This document shows, piece by piece, positions 53,255 through 64,000 of a stretch of 64,000 bases of DNA. The DNA is taken from the NCBI GenBank assembly GCA_020184695.1, contig JAANOX010000113.1, positions 102,257 through 166,256 on the forward strand. Reading direction: 5' to 3'. Each line of letters opens with the position of its first letter. Position 1 is the stretch's first letter. The DNA comes from Histomonas meleagridis 2922-C6/04-290x. Lineage: Eukaryota; Protista; Parabasalia. A program made the translations under genes and the position numbers. The notes beneath the pieces were generated by a model. It saw only the letters and a program-made list of their open reading frames with translations. It did no database searches and had not been told where the DNA came from.

Positions 53255-55363
53255 CTAATTAACATGTTCAATGAACTTATTACAATCGATGTTTGTCAAC
53301 TTTGTCAAATGTCTCAAAAACTCTTTCAAAGCGTTTTCTTTGTCATCATTTTTCCTTACTTCCAACATTGCCTTTCTAAAGCATTGGAATTCAAACTCTT
53401 TATATACATTAAAGAAGTCATCGAAAATTTTTGTTCGACTGTTTCTCAGTAATTCATCATAATCGAATGAATCCCATTTTCTTTTGAATGCGTGTAGAGC
53501 CGCTAAGCTTCCTAAAGCTCTTTCTACTTCTTCTTGGAACACGTTAACTTCCATTGCTGAAACGCCGATCAATGTAAACAATTCAAACAATTCAATTGTC
53601 GGCTTTTTGATTTGTAAAATTTGATTGACAACATCAAACTTAACAAATATGGGGTACCCCGGATATGATTGATTGTTTTTTATTTCCACATCAAAAACAA
53701 TCCTCTGCTTCATTACCGGAACGACATCTAAGAAGAAATAGATATCATCGATGATGGAATCGAATTTGCTGCCATATGTTTTCATGTTCGGCTTTATCTT
53801 ATCTAAGTAAAATGAGGGAATTGTAATGATCGAATTCTTGGTCACAATTTCACACCATTCTGAAATTGATTCTTCCTTAACTTCATCCCAGCGGTCAGAC
53901 TCATATGAATAACATGAGATATTACAGGCTTGCGAAAACATAAGAGTGAATTTGATTGGCTTGAAAAGTTTTTTCATCGTTCGAACATATATTAACCCAC
54001 CAAATGGATTCGATATTTTGGTCTGTACTTGAAGTTCAAATGTTGTTACAACATTTGGCCATCGTTTCCATGGCATTGGATTCTCAGATATGTCATCTGT
54101 ATGAGATCCAATTTGGATAATAAAACCATCAATAAATTCCTTACGAAAGCAAACATAAGAACAAATACATGGAGGAAGCCAAAGGCCAGTAGAAGCCCAT
54201 CCATTGTCTTCAATTGTAATTGTCACATATTGTTTGTCCAAAAATCGTTCACATGTTCCTGGGAAAAGGGTATTGAGTTGAAACTGTGCTAAATCGCATG
54301 CGCGCATGAATTGAAAGGAATCTGAGATAAGTGAAATTAATAGAAGATTAAGTGAATCATCTATAATGATATTATTCTGTACATAGTTTCTGTTGTCGAG
54401 AAAACATAGAAGTGAATCGCATAAGAAAACGAGATCATTTTCATTTGTATCGACATCGAGTAATACAATATGCATTTTAGTCAGTGTAACGATATTGTCC
54501 AAGGTGTATATATCAATTACATCTGACTTAATTAGTTTGAGGATCTTCTTTATGAGATATGGAAGAGTTTGCCTATGAAGTTTCTTAATATCTGTTGAAA
54601 TAGGAACTTCTCCTTCATCACCTTCACTTACTGAATCGAAAAAAGGAGGAAATGATAGTCCGAAAATTGATAATACTTTGTTCATTTCGAATTGGTTTTT
54701 TGTAGAATCATCATCAAAGTCCATGCCACAAATTAGCCCACCGCCGTCCATGATAAACTCGACAAGGCCTTCATGTTTGTCGAAATTGCTCGGAACGACA
54801 ACGAAAATGTACTTTGTGAAGTCAATTTCAGAACAACCGTCGTAAACCTCCAAACCGAAACCCAAACCGGTCATGTTAGACACCATAACCTGCGATTTCT
54901 CGGATGTGAAACCTGCAACTAACACTTGCCTCGTCACTGGTGAGGAACCGCCTGTCCATCTTAATATGTTTTCCAAGAAGTTTGTATATTTGTCATTTTT
55001 TTCTGTGCACATTTCAATGATCTCCGAATTACCGAGACATAATATCCTTCCGTTTTCATACCGAGAAATCCCTAAGATAGGGAACTTTGCATCTTGTGGC
55101 TTAGATTTAAAAAAATTAATTGTGAGAGGGACAGAAACAACAGGAATTGACATATGTGTGAGACAAAAAATAGGCCATAATTTTTTTGGCTTTGGGATTT
55201 CATTAATTTCGCTGTATATAATTTTGAGGTCATGTTCCAATATATCACTTTGATCCTCCACCTCGACAGGCAATTGAAACAAGCTCTTCTTTAAAGCGAC
55301 GCGTTGTTTTGGCTGCTCTTTGTTCCGTACTGGCTTGGAGTGCTTTGATGCCCCGCACCCCAT
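53255..55363 (-). CDS. TCAF/FAM115-like M60-like (enhancin-related) protein with predicted N-terminal acylation; HEXXH motif absent
   Basis: MGCGASK start, WASTGLWLPP, IQIGSHTDD, WKRWP, ISNPFGGLIYV, RIVFDVEI, GYPI. Confidence 0.75.
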   Translation of the reverse strand: MGCGASKHSKPVRNKEQPKQRVALKKSLFQLPVEVEDQSDILEHDLKIIYSEINEIPKPKKLWPIFCLTHMSIPVVSVPLTINFFKSKPQDAKFPILGISRYENGRILCLGNSEIIEMCTEKNDKYTNFLENILRWTGGSSPVTRQVLVAGFTSEKSQVMVSNMTGLGFGLEVYDGCSEIDFTKYIFVVVPSNFDKHEGLVEFIMDGGGLICGMDFDDDSTKNQFEMNKVLSIFGLSFPPFFDSVSEGDEGEVPISTDIKKLHRQTLPYLIKKILKLIKSDVIDIYTLDNIVTLTKMHIVLLDVDTNENDLVFLCDSLLCFLDNRNYVQNNIIIDDSLNLLLISLISDSFQFMRACDLAQFQLNTLFPGTCERFLDKQYVTITIEDNGWASTGLWLPPCICSYVCFRKEFIDGFIIQIGSHTDDISENPMPWKRWPNVVTTFELQVQTKISNPFGGLIYVRTMKKLFKPIKFTLMFSQACNISCYSYESDRWDEVKEESISEWCEIVTKNSIITIPSFYLDKIKPNMKTYGSKFDSIIDDIYFFLDVVPVMKQRIVFDVEIKNNQSYPGYPIFVKFDVVNQILQIKKPTIELFELFTLIGVSAMEVNVFQEEVERALGSLAALHAFKRKWDSFDYDELLRNSRTKIFDDFFNVYKEFEFQCFRKAMLEVRKNDDKENALKEFLRHLTKLTNIDCNKFIEHVN

Positions 55364-55522
55364 TCAAAGCCAAATTTTGATATCAAAAAACGTGCAAAAT
55401 TAATTCGCTCAAAAAGTTGCGCTAATTTATGTGAAATTCAATATGCTTTCGGAAGCTGATTTTTTTATTCAATTTAGGAGGACTTGTTAGAGTGAAATAT
55501 TAATATTCAACCTATTGTTGAA

Positions 55523-55598
55523 TCTTATTTTTAGCTTGGCGGAAAAACCCTTTTTTGCATGTTAAATGCCATCGGTTCGAATCCCGATAATGGAGAAT
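55523..55598 (+). ncRNA. tRNA-like relic with A-box-like and B-box-like motifs; cloverleaf incomplete
   Basis: TAGCTTGGCGG (about 55532) and GGTTCGAATCC (55574-55584) with a T-arm-like stem. Anticodon and acceptor arms are imperfect. Confidence 0.3.
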
Positions 55599-55737
55599 GT
55601 TTTTTTGTTTTTTTTCTTATTAATTTGTATTTCTCATCAATTTCTTACTAAAAAATTGATTTAGAAATACTTTTTATTCATTATGAGATATGTAAAACTA
55701 GGGTGGGCCCAAATGCCCAACAATGAGAGGAAACCGG

Positions 55738-56016
55738 ATCAATTACACAACTGCAGACCAAACCTCCAAATCCTCTCAATCGATTTTTAAAGGGTAAATT
55801 TTGAACGATAGAAAACGATCCAACTTTTTTGAAGAAATCAATGTTCTTTCAATTTGATTTTCAATAAAAATATAAATAACACCTATTTTAAATGAAAATA
55901 AAAAATAAAAAACGGTTTGGCAAAATACAGTCTGATTAAAAAACATTAAAAACGTGATGCGTGTCACAATAATTTATTGAATACTTTATGAACGTGTAAA
56001 ATATTCATTAATCTTA
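55738..56016. repeat. Left arm of a 279-bp inverted repeat
   Basis: Reverse complement of 57232-57510; identical by eye along the whole arm. Confidence 0.92.
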
Positions 56017-56299
56017 CATCAATCACAGTGAGTGATATGGCTTTTTGATTTTTTTATTAGAAAATATTTAATAAACATTAATGTTCTGTGACCTTAGAAA
56101 TCATGTTTTACATCAATAAGATGTTAGGGCTTCTATTTATTAATATCAAAATTTTGATCAGTAAAAAAAAATTTATTAAAATTTCGAATCATAATTCTAA
56201 TATCAGAAGTCGGGTGCTTCTTGAAGTACTAATAATTTGTCATTTTTTCATCTGATAAAATTGTTATAATTAAAAATTCTTCATTATGTGTTAATATAT

Positions 56300-56880
56300 A
56301 AATAGTAAAAATGTTTATCATGAATATTTACTGTGTTATATTTTTTATAATTTATTTGAAATTAATGAAACAGCACCTCATTGTACAATACGACAAGGTC
56401 ATTATGCAGTTGCAAAAGTTTTTTTTATACAAATAGGAATCGATATAAATGCTAAAGATATTTATTTGTTTTATTCAAAAAATATTTTATTAATTTTTTC
56501 TAAAATATTATCAACAGCATTATGGACATCCTTAAGTGGCCATGCATAAATTGTCAAATTATTTATGGAACAAAAATAATATGATATTAATACTAAAAAT
56601 ATTTATTTGTTTTATTATGTATTTATTTTAATCATTTGATATTTTTAAATTATATTCGGAAATATTGATGTGATTTAGAACAGAACTGATGGAAGCATCT
56701 GAAAATTATCATACAGAAATAGTTAAATTACTTTTTGAAAAAAAAGGAATTGATATCAATGTTAAATATATATTTTTGTTTTATTTAATATTTATTTTAA
56801 TTATTTTATATTTCAAAATGATATTTGAAATATATTTAAAATATTTAATACAGTGCATATGGTAGCATCAAAAAAGATAA
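56300..56880 (+). pseudogene. Decayed ankyrin array with spacer arrays, lying between the inverted-repeat arms
   Basis: TAPHCTIRQGHYAVAKV, TALWTSLSGHA*IVKLF, TELMEASENYHTEIVKLLFEKKGIDINVK. Arrays of 57, 54, 79 and 80 nt; in-frame stops in the coding segments. Confidence 0.8.
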
Positions 56881-57231
56881 ATATAGATATAATTTAAATA
56901 ATATATTATTCGGATCCAAATTCATAGAAATGATTAAAAAGTTAACCCCCAATAATGAATTAGACTTTTCATATATCCGCTCTGTTTATATACAATATCA
57001 TTATTTTGTGAAATTTGTTTATCATTAGGATTATATAAATATGAATTTGATAAATCGTATATTTTTATATTTCATTACAAACAAAAAAAATCTCAGAAAT
57101 AATAAATATCAATATATACAATCCGAATTTTATGATATTCATATAAATTTCGAATATAATATAATCTAAATCATTCTAATATACTTTAGATAATATGAAG
57201 AAATATTGTTTTACTCAAATTTGATCACTTT

Positions 57232-57510
57232 TAAGATTAATGAATATTTTACACGTTCATAAAGTATTCAATAAATTATTGTGACACGCATCACGTTTTT
57301 AATGTTTTTTAATCAGACTGTATTTTGCCAAACCGTTTTTTATTTTTTATTTTCATTTAAAATAGGTGTTATTTATATTTTTATTGAAAATCAAATTGAA
57401 AGAACATTGATTTCTTCAAAAAAGTTGGATCGTTTTCTATCGTTCAAAATTTACCCTTTAAAAATCGATTGAGAGGATTTGGAGGTTTGGTCTGCAGTTG
57501 TGTAATTGAT
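57232..57510. repeat. Right arm of a 279-bp inverted repeat
   Basis: Reverse complement of 55738-56016. Confidence 0.92.
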
Positions 57511-57520
57511 TCAGAAGACC

Positions 57521-57762
57521 CGTGGGCATCCATGGTCAAACGTTCTATGAATAAAATATCACTATTCTACCGTTTATTTTTGCCCACACCAAAACAACAA
57601 GCACACTCAGTGAATTTTCAAAGCAACGATGGATATATTGAATACTATTCAAATTTGTCCATGGTTGCCCACGAAACCCTACCGTTTTCTGAACGTATCG
57701 TTAATGTAAAGTTAACATTTCATTCAAATTTGCCCATGGGCAGCCGTGGACAAATTTGAATA
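57521..57762. repeat. Cluster of four copies of a GC-rich ~20-bp motif (tttgtccatggttgccca) in mixed orientation; possible MITE at 57648-57760 flanked by TA
   Basis: Copies at 57521-40 (reverse), 57654-73 (forward), about 57729 (forward) and 57737-56 (reverse). 57722-57761 is an imperfect palindrome. Confidence 0.55.
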
Positions 57763-57966
57763 TAATAAGTACTTTACTGAATTTTCACTCACTTTGTTCT
57801 GAAGAATTAGAATCAGAATCCAATGGAATAAATTCATTATCTTCCTCATCATCAATTTCTTCTCCAGTATATCCTTGCATTGTAAAATACTGGATTTAGA
57901 TTTCCAATCTTTTTTGGCATTTTATGCAAAGTATATATCTATTTCCTTTTATTTGCACCTTTTATC

Positions 57967-59588
57967 GGGTGTGATGAATGGTGCTCCCTGATTTTATAGG
58001 AATTGAACGTATCGGATTTTTCGATTTTGTAAACCATGCAAATAAAACATGTTTTTCAATGCATATTCAATTTTTTTCGTGTTTGTGAGAAAATATTTGG
58101 CCTATTCAATTGTGTTTCAATATAAATATTTATGCTTAAAATATTGTATGGAAATAAAAATGACAAACGAAAAAATTCTATGATACTTTCAATTTTCTGT
58201 TATAATGTCAAAATATTCTCTGAAATAATTGCAATCCGAAAATTCTACGAAGAAAACAGTAAAAAAAATTAAAATGATTAAAATTTAAAGTATGAATAAT
58301 TGTGGTATGAGGTTTCTATAGTTATAGTGATAATGAGTTGAGATATAACAAGTTTATTCAAAAATCAATATTATATCAATAAAAAAAATTTAAATTTTAT
58401 GTTTACTTATCTGTAAAACTAATCTTTCAAATGTTTGTTTGTGGTGTGCTTGTATTTATCCAAAATGATTCTATAATAATATTTTTTGACTTGTGTTTAA
58501 ATCAGTAAAAAATTTTGAATTGATTTAACATATTTTTTCATTTTTTGATATGATACATAAAAAATTGGATCGAATTAACACATCAATTCACTTTTCCAAA
58601 TAAAATGTTATCATTCCAAGATGTTCATACTGCTCTCATCAGTGGATGCAACCCATTGTTTATCACGCAGACAACGGGTGCATCATATAATTCAGGGGAA
58701 AATATTAAATGCAAAAAATGTGGAAAACCTATGAAATTTCAATTAGAAAAATTATATTTTAGATGCACTTATTATAAATGTTCAACTACAATGAGCTGCT
58801 TTTCTCCACTCCCTATTAAAAATACTAAAAGTGAAATCAAACAATTACTAATTATTTTTGCATGTTTTTGTGCAGATTTCACAATTACTACTACAGCCAA
58901 TATTTGAAAAGCATCACAACATTCTGTTTCTCACTGGTTTCAGATCTTCAGAACACAAATGGCAAACAAAAATATTTCAGAAATGATCAAAAATCCTTTA
59001 TCTGGTTTCGTGCAAATAGATGAAAGTTTGTTTGCGAAAAAAAAAAATAAAATGGGAAGGGTTGTTGAACAGGAATGTGTGTTCGGCGGATGCGAGAGCG
59101 ATAGAGGTGGAACCGTTTATTCCCTCAGGGTACCCCGAAATCTTATCAATCAAGTAAACATAAAATTTAAATTTTTTTTATTGATATAATATTGATTTTT
59201 GAATAAACTTGTTATATCTCAACTCATTATCACTATAACTATAGAAACCTCATACCACAATTATTCATACTTTAAATTTTAATCATTTTAATTACTGTTT
59301 TCTTCGTAGAATTTTTCGGATTGCAATTATTTCAGAGAATATTTTGACATTATAACAGAAAATTGAAAGTATCATAGAATTTTTTCGTTTGTCATTTTTA
59401 TTTCCATACAATATTTTAAGCATAAATATTTATATTGAAACACAATTGAATAGGCCAAATATTTTCTCACAAACACGAAAAAAATTGAATATGCATTGAA
59501 AAACATGTTTTATTTGCATGGTTTACAAAATCGAAAAATCCGATACGTTCAATTCCTATAAAATCAGGGAGCACCATTCATCACACCC
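57967..59588 (+). mobile_element. Merlin (IS1595/ISXO2-like) DNA transposon, internally deleted and non-autonomous
   Basis: TIRs 57967-58408 and 59152-59588 begin GGGTGTG. 8-bp TSD CTTTTATC at 57959-66 and 59589-96. Internal transposase remnant. Confidence 0.9.
58605..59151 (+). pseudogene. Merlin transposase fragment with premature TGA and 3' truncation
   Basis: CKKC...CTYYKC zinc motif, in-frame TGA at 58905-07, then VQIDESLFAKKKNKMGRVVEQECVFGG (first catalytic D only). Joined directly to the right TIR. Confidence 0.85.
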
Positions 59589-60515
59589 CTTTTATCGCCT
59601 TTTATCCACTTTCTTTTTTATTTACCTGATTTTTTAGCATTTTCTATCTTTCTAGGCGATATCCACGTGCTATTTTTAAATATTGTCGTAAATGCTTGTT
59701 TCTTTTGCTAATTCTTGGCATTAAAAAATGATTTTGAATTTACTGAGGTCTACATCACTTTTTGAATGAAGTGGCAAATGAAAATAAAGAAAACTTTTCA
59801 CAGACCTCATTCCTTGTTATTTTTAAAAAATAATAGTGTGTATATAATACCTATCAGATATATTTTGAAGTTATACACGCGGAATTGAAAAATTCTATCA
59901 AAATTTTTCACAGTTTAGATTTGTTATAAAGTTATATATATAAATATTGGCATTGAAATAAACATAACAAAAAATGTAACATATGTATTTTATTAATATT
60001 GTAAATATTTTTTTATATCTTTATCCAATAAGGCGAAAATTTATTGTGAGATTTATAGGCAAAAGTGATGTGGATTTCGAGATTTACAATTGATATTTGG
60101 CCGATTATATACAAAAAGTCTCTATCGGATTATATTTTGACAATTTCCAAATTTTGCTCTCAGGTTTTTATACTTAAGAGATACAATATAATAATTTTGA
60201 TCACAATAAGTCCACATCAAGTGGTTTAAAATTATATAAAAAATTTCCCAAAAATATTATTTATTCGAAAAATTATGAAATTCAAAAATTAATGCATTAG
60301 AGTTTAATGAATCTACTCGACTGACATTTTTGAAGGTAAAGCATTAGGTTGAGAAGATTTTTACATCTTTTGATAATTTCATCGAACAGAAAAAAGAAAA
60401 TAATGACTCTTTCAAAGACCGTTTGAACTACACCCTTAAAGTTTTTTAATTTGACTATATAGCATATCTCCTGCAAAATATTTAATTATTTTACATTTAA
60501 AGTGAGACCTAAATT

Positions 60516-61847
60516 CTAAATTTTCTTTGGCTTCTTTTTAATCCATAAGGGTCTTAATTGTTTATGATCTTGCGACTTCATATATCCAATTTTTTTCGTG
60601 AAATCAGTTTTTTTATATTCGAAGATGATAATGTCAGTATCAAAAATAAACTGCTTTTCATCACCATCATCATTTTCTTCATTCGTATCTTCTTTTAATT
60701 TATTTTGTATCTCAAATTTTTGCTGAAAATTCAGATTATAAATATCACTATCAATATTTATTTGGATATATTCAAAATTGCAATTTGCTGGAATAATCAT
60801 GTTTTCGAATAATAAATGAGAATGAAGAGCAGTATGCTTGCATGGAAAGTTTGGAATCCCATATCGGTCTTCATAGATTTTCTTCCACAATTACAGTCTA
60901 TTTAATTATAATTATTTCTAGTTGCTTTCCTTTTTAAATTTTTAGCAATTTGTTTGCTTGTACTCGTAATCTTTGAGCAAAAGTAATATATTCATCGATG
61001 ATTTAATGAATTACAGTTGAGAATCTTCTGAGGATACTTTGATTCATGCTTATATTATATGTTCGATGAAAACTTTCAATGTGATTTGAACATACACCTA
61101 CACCAAGTTCCGTTCGATTCCACAATGCAGAATCAAAATCAAATGTATACCCTAATAATATTTCTTCATTATAAATTTTTAAATTGAAAATATCAGCAAA
61201 CTTTATGACTTGAAATATATTAATAATTATATTTTTGATAAGCAAATTTAAATCTGAAATAATTTGCCGTAACTTTTGTTCGTAAGTATTAATATCTGGT
61301 GTAAATAATAAAATTTTCGCAAAAATTGCTAAAATAGTTGATGATCCAATTTTTTCTATAAGATGGCGAAAACAAAAAAATTGATTCATATTTTTTGGTT
61401 TACGAGGTGCTATAATTGCAGTACCTTGATCAGAAAGAACTGGAAATATGTTAAATTTTGGAAATACAATATCAAGAATATTAAAGAACTTTAAAAACAA
61501 ATTTTGATGTTCACTTGGTGGTAGCACTAAACCAAGAGGTAAAGAAGCATTATGAATTATCAGCATTGATACACAATAAACGTATGGTTGTAATGCATAA
61601 AAAGATGCATCAATTTGATAATATGTGCTTTTGAAATTTTCACATAATTTAACACATCTTAAGTCCATGGAGCAATCCATGATAAAGATTGAACACATTT
61701 TTGATTGAAAATTAATAATTCATTTGAATTATATTCACTAGAAATTCTGATTTGTACATGTCCACCAATTGTTTTTAAAAAAATTACGGTACTATTATTC
61801 AACCGTGTAATATTGAATACTACCTTATCAAATAGTGGAGGTCCCAT
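60516..61847 (-). mobile_element. Degenerate Mutator (MULE)-type transposase remnant
   Basis: QIDASFY, PLGLVLPPSE, PVLSDQGTAI, FCFRHL (CxxH), SNHIESFHR. Split across three ORFs; no TIRs found. Confidence 0.75.
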
Positions 61848-62341
61848 TCAATCATTTTGGAGAATCTGATTGAGGCGTAATTTGTATTCGAGAATCGGAT
61901 CTCAATTTGTTTTCTGATAGGACATATTAATTCAATTTCATTTTGAATAATTTACAATTTCCGCCATGTTTATTTTTACTAACTGTATTTGTTTCCATAT
62001 CTATGTGTTTATTTCTTTGTCTTATGTTAATTCTCACTTATATATGCTAATTCACATTTATTCTTATTTATTTTCACTTATATCTGTTCATTCTCACCTA
62101 TATGTATTTCTTTTTAATATTTTACGTACCAACATTTGCTCAAATCATTCAAATATAATTTGGCAAACATATAATTTGAACGACCATCATTTGATATTTA
62201 TAATACATAGTGAACATGGGGTTTAGCTAAAGATAATTCGAACTTATTCTAATTTCAGAATTGGAGCTCACATGATTAGTTAGATTTAAAAAGTTTACAA
62301 ATCAATGTTTACATTATTATTTCAATGACACACACACACAC

Positions 62342-62386
62342 AGCGCTATTGAAGCTTCGCGTGATACGCTCGCTTCAAGCCGCGCT
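62342..62386. other. GC-rich interrupted hairpin preceded by a (CA)n tract
   Basis: AGCGC..TTGAAGC..GCGT-GAT-ACGC..GCTTCAA..GCGCT: three nested complementary stems. Confidence 0.65.
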
Positions 62387-62485
62387 ACATAAAAGAAAGC
62401 ATTAACGACGAGAGGATGATTGAAAATTAGGATTAACGGTAGGTTTTAAGGAAACATGTGCGAAAAATATAAAAAAATATTAAAA

Positions 62486-62596
62486 CCTTACTTACTCTTA
62501 CCTAACTTACCTATAAAAAAACGAGAAAATTTTAAGAAAGAGGATAAATACATGCGGACAAAAAAACCAAGGTAAGTAAGAGTAAGGTAAGTAAGG
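62486..62596. repeat. Imperfect inverted repeat built from CTTAC/GTAAG pentamers, upstream of the helicase ORF
   Basis: ccttacttactcttacctaacttacct (62486-62512) faces aggtaagtaagagtaaggtaagtaagg (62570-62596). Confidence 0.7.
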
Positions 62597-62649
62597 AAAT
62601 TAAGCTTAGTTTTGAAGTAGTTTTTTGTTTTTTTATTCTTACTAAAAAG

Positions 62650-63816
62650 ATGTCAGAGGTAAGTATTGATATAAACGACAAATTCTGTTTAATGGACATT
62701 AGAAAAAATAAAAACTATGATTTAAACGGAGATGAAGCAATAAATGATTTAAAGAAATGTTTTTTAGTATGTGATTCAACACCTGAAGTATTTATGTTTA
62801 AAGATTATGACGCAGTGAATGATTATGTTAAAGTAAGTTATACATCAGAAAACGTTGCGAAACAAAAGCTAAAGAAAATAATTATTGGCAAAAGAACTGA
62901 AGGAAACAAAACAAAAAACGTTTCCGCTTGGGATTTATATTTAGAAAATACAGAAATATTTACGGTAAAAGCATTAAAATTTTATTCCGAAGACCCTCAA
63001 ATTTTTTCTTACTTTAGAGGTTATGATTATAAAAAGCTTGATAAAGTAAAAACAGAAATTATACAACCGTTTTTAGATCACGTCAGAGAAGTAATAGCAA
63101 ATGGTAATGAAGAAATTTATAGATATATTCTAATTTGGATCGCAAGCATTCTTCAAAAACCAAATTTCAAAACTGGAGTTGCTTTAGTTATATTAGGAAA
63201 TCAAGGAACAGGAAAAAATACATTCTTTACAGATGTAAATGAACCGATGAGAGAAACAGAAAATGTTGCGAATTTTATAATGGTATCGAATAATGATGTT
63301 CCAATAAAGATTGAAAGTTATGATAGAAGATATGTTGTAACAAAAACAAGTGATAAGCATTTACAAGATTTCAAATATTTTGCAAATTTAGCGAAAATAT
63401 TCACGCCTGAATTTTATGAAAATTTATTTACATTCTTTATGTTAATGGATGTGTCGAAAGTAAATTTAAGAAGAATTCCGAACAGTGAAGCAAAAGAAAA
63501 TATGAAAGAAGCTTCAATGTCAAGTTATGAAATATTCGCTAGAGACAATTACGAAAAAATCAAAAACATAACAGGTCCTGATTTATTTAATTTATATTGT
63601 GATTTTGTTGAAAAAAATAAATTCAACAGTTGCAGTTCAAGGACTTCTATTGCAAATATGAAAAAATTCACTGGAAATGCTTCTGCAAAAAGGATTGATG
63701 GAAAAGTATTTAAAGTATATAATTTATTACCAGAAGTTTATGATAGGTTTGAAGAATATCACAAAAAATTAGAAGAACAAATAGTTGATGATGAAATTGA
63801 TGATGATGCTTTATGA
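62650..63816 (+). mobile_element. Virus/Maverick-like superfamily-3 (D5/NrS-1-type) helicase gene, apparently internally deleted
   Basis: FLDHVREVIANGNEEIYRYILIWIA, Walker A GNQGTGKNT, motif C NFIMVSN and DRRY. The Walker B segment expected between TDV and NEPMR is missing. Confidence 0.72.
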
Positions 63817-64000
63817 AGAATGTTTATTTTTATCAAAAAGTACCTTTTAATTTTCAAAGATGTTTTTTTAATTTAAAAGTTAACCCTTTTTTTAACCCTT
63901 TACGAATCGGAGTAAATGAGCATTTTTTGAATGATTTAACGCAAAAGTTGAATGACAAAAATTAAAATATCTCGTCATGTGATAGTTATTTTTATATAAT

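Noticed and set aside
2526-54578. Numerous short antisense or nested ORFs in the track (e.g. 2526..3029, 18630..19043, 54029..54292)
   Set aside because: They lie within longer, well-supported genes and show no domain signal.
55776-57472. Duplicated 63-aa ORF (55776..55967 and 57281..57472)
   Set aside because: GTG-started low-complexity ORF that exists twice only because it lies in the inverted-repeat arms.

Overview
AT-rich, gene-dense eukaryotic DNA from a parabasalid protist; Tritrichomonas-like is an inference. Support: a BspA surface protein, DUF3447/ankyrin genes, a multi-TM PAS-adenylate cyclase, a Bacteroidales-type glutamate dehydrogenase and one typical parabasalid spliceosomal intron (GTATGT...CTAACACATAG). 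Positions 1-55400 hold about 25 genes (TAF6, atypical Rho, DOCK, RPS21, Pol-alpha-like, sirtuin, Rim15/MAST-like kinase, TCAF/M60-like and others). Positions 55700-64000 are mobile-element debris: a 279-bp inverted repeat, a Merlin/IS1595-type element with 8-bp TSD, a MULE relic and an SF3 helicase with an origin-like upstream region. Main discovery: in the ankyrin genes of this window, the four-codon linker of each repeat (D-x-x-G-x-T-A/P-L) is split so that each single codon is preceded by a 17-nt AT-rich spacer, (17+3)x4 = 80 nt. The spacers have no GT-AG and no branch-point motif, and they diverge in sequence while keeping their length. Removing them restores intact 34-aa ankyrin repeats (KD-NEGR-TAL, KD-NKGK-TAL, RD-DNGE-TAL, QE-KNGK-TPL, FD-EDGF-TAL, EN-EDGE-NAL). 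This points to a possibly undescribed processing system (non-canonical 17-nt introns with 3-nt microexons, DNA excision or recoding). The pattern is seen directly in the sequence; the mechanism is untested.
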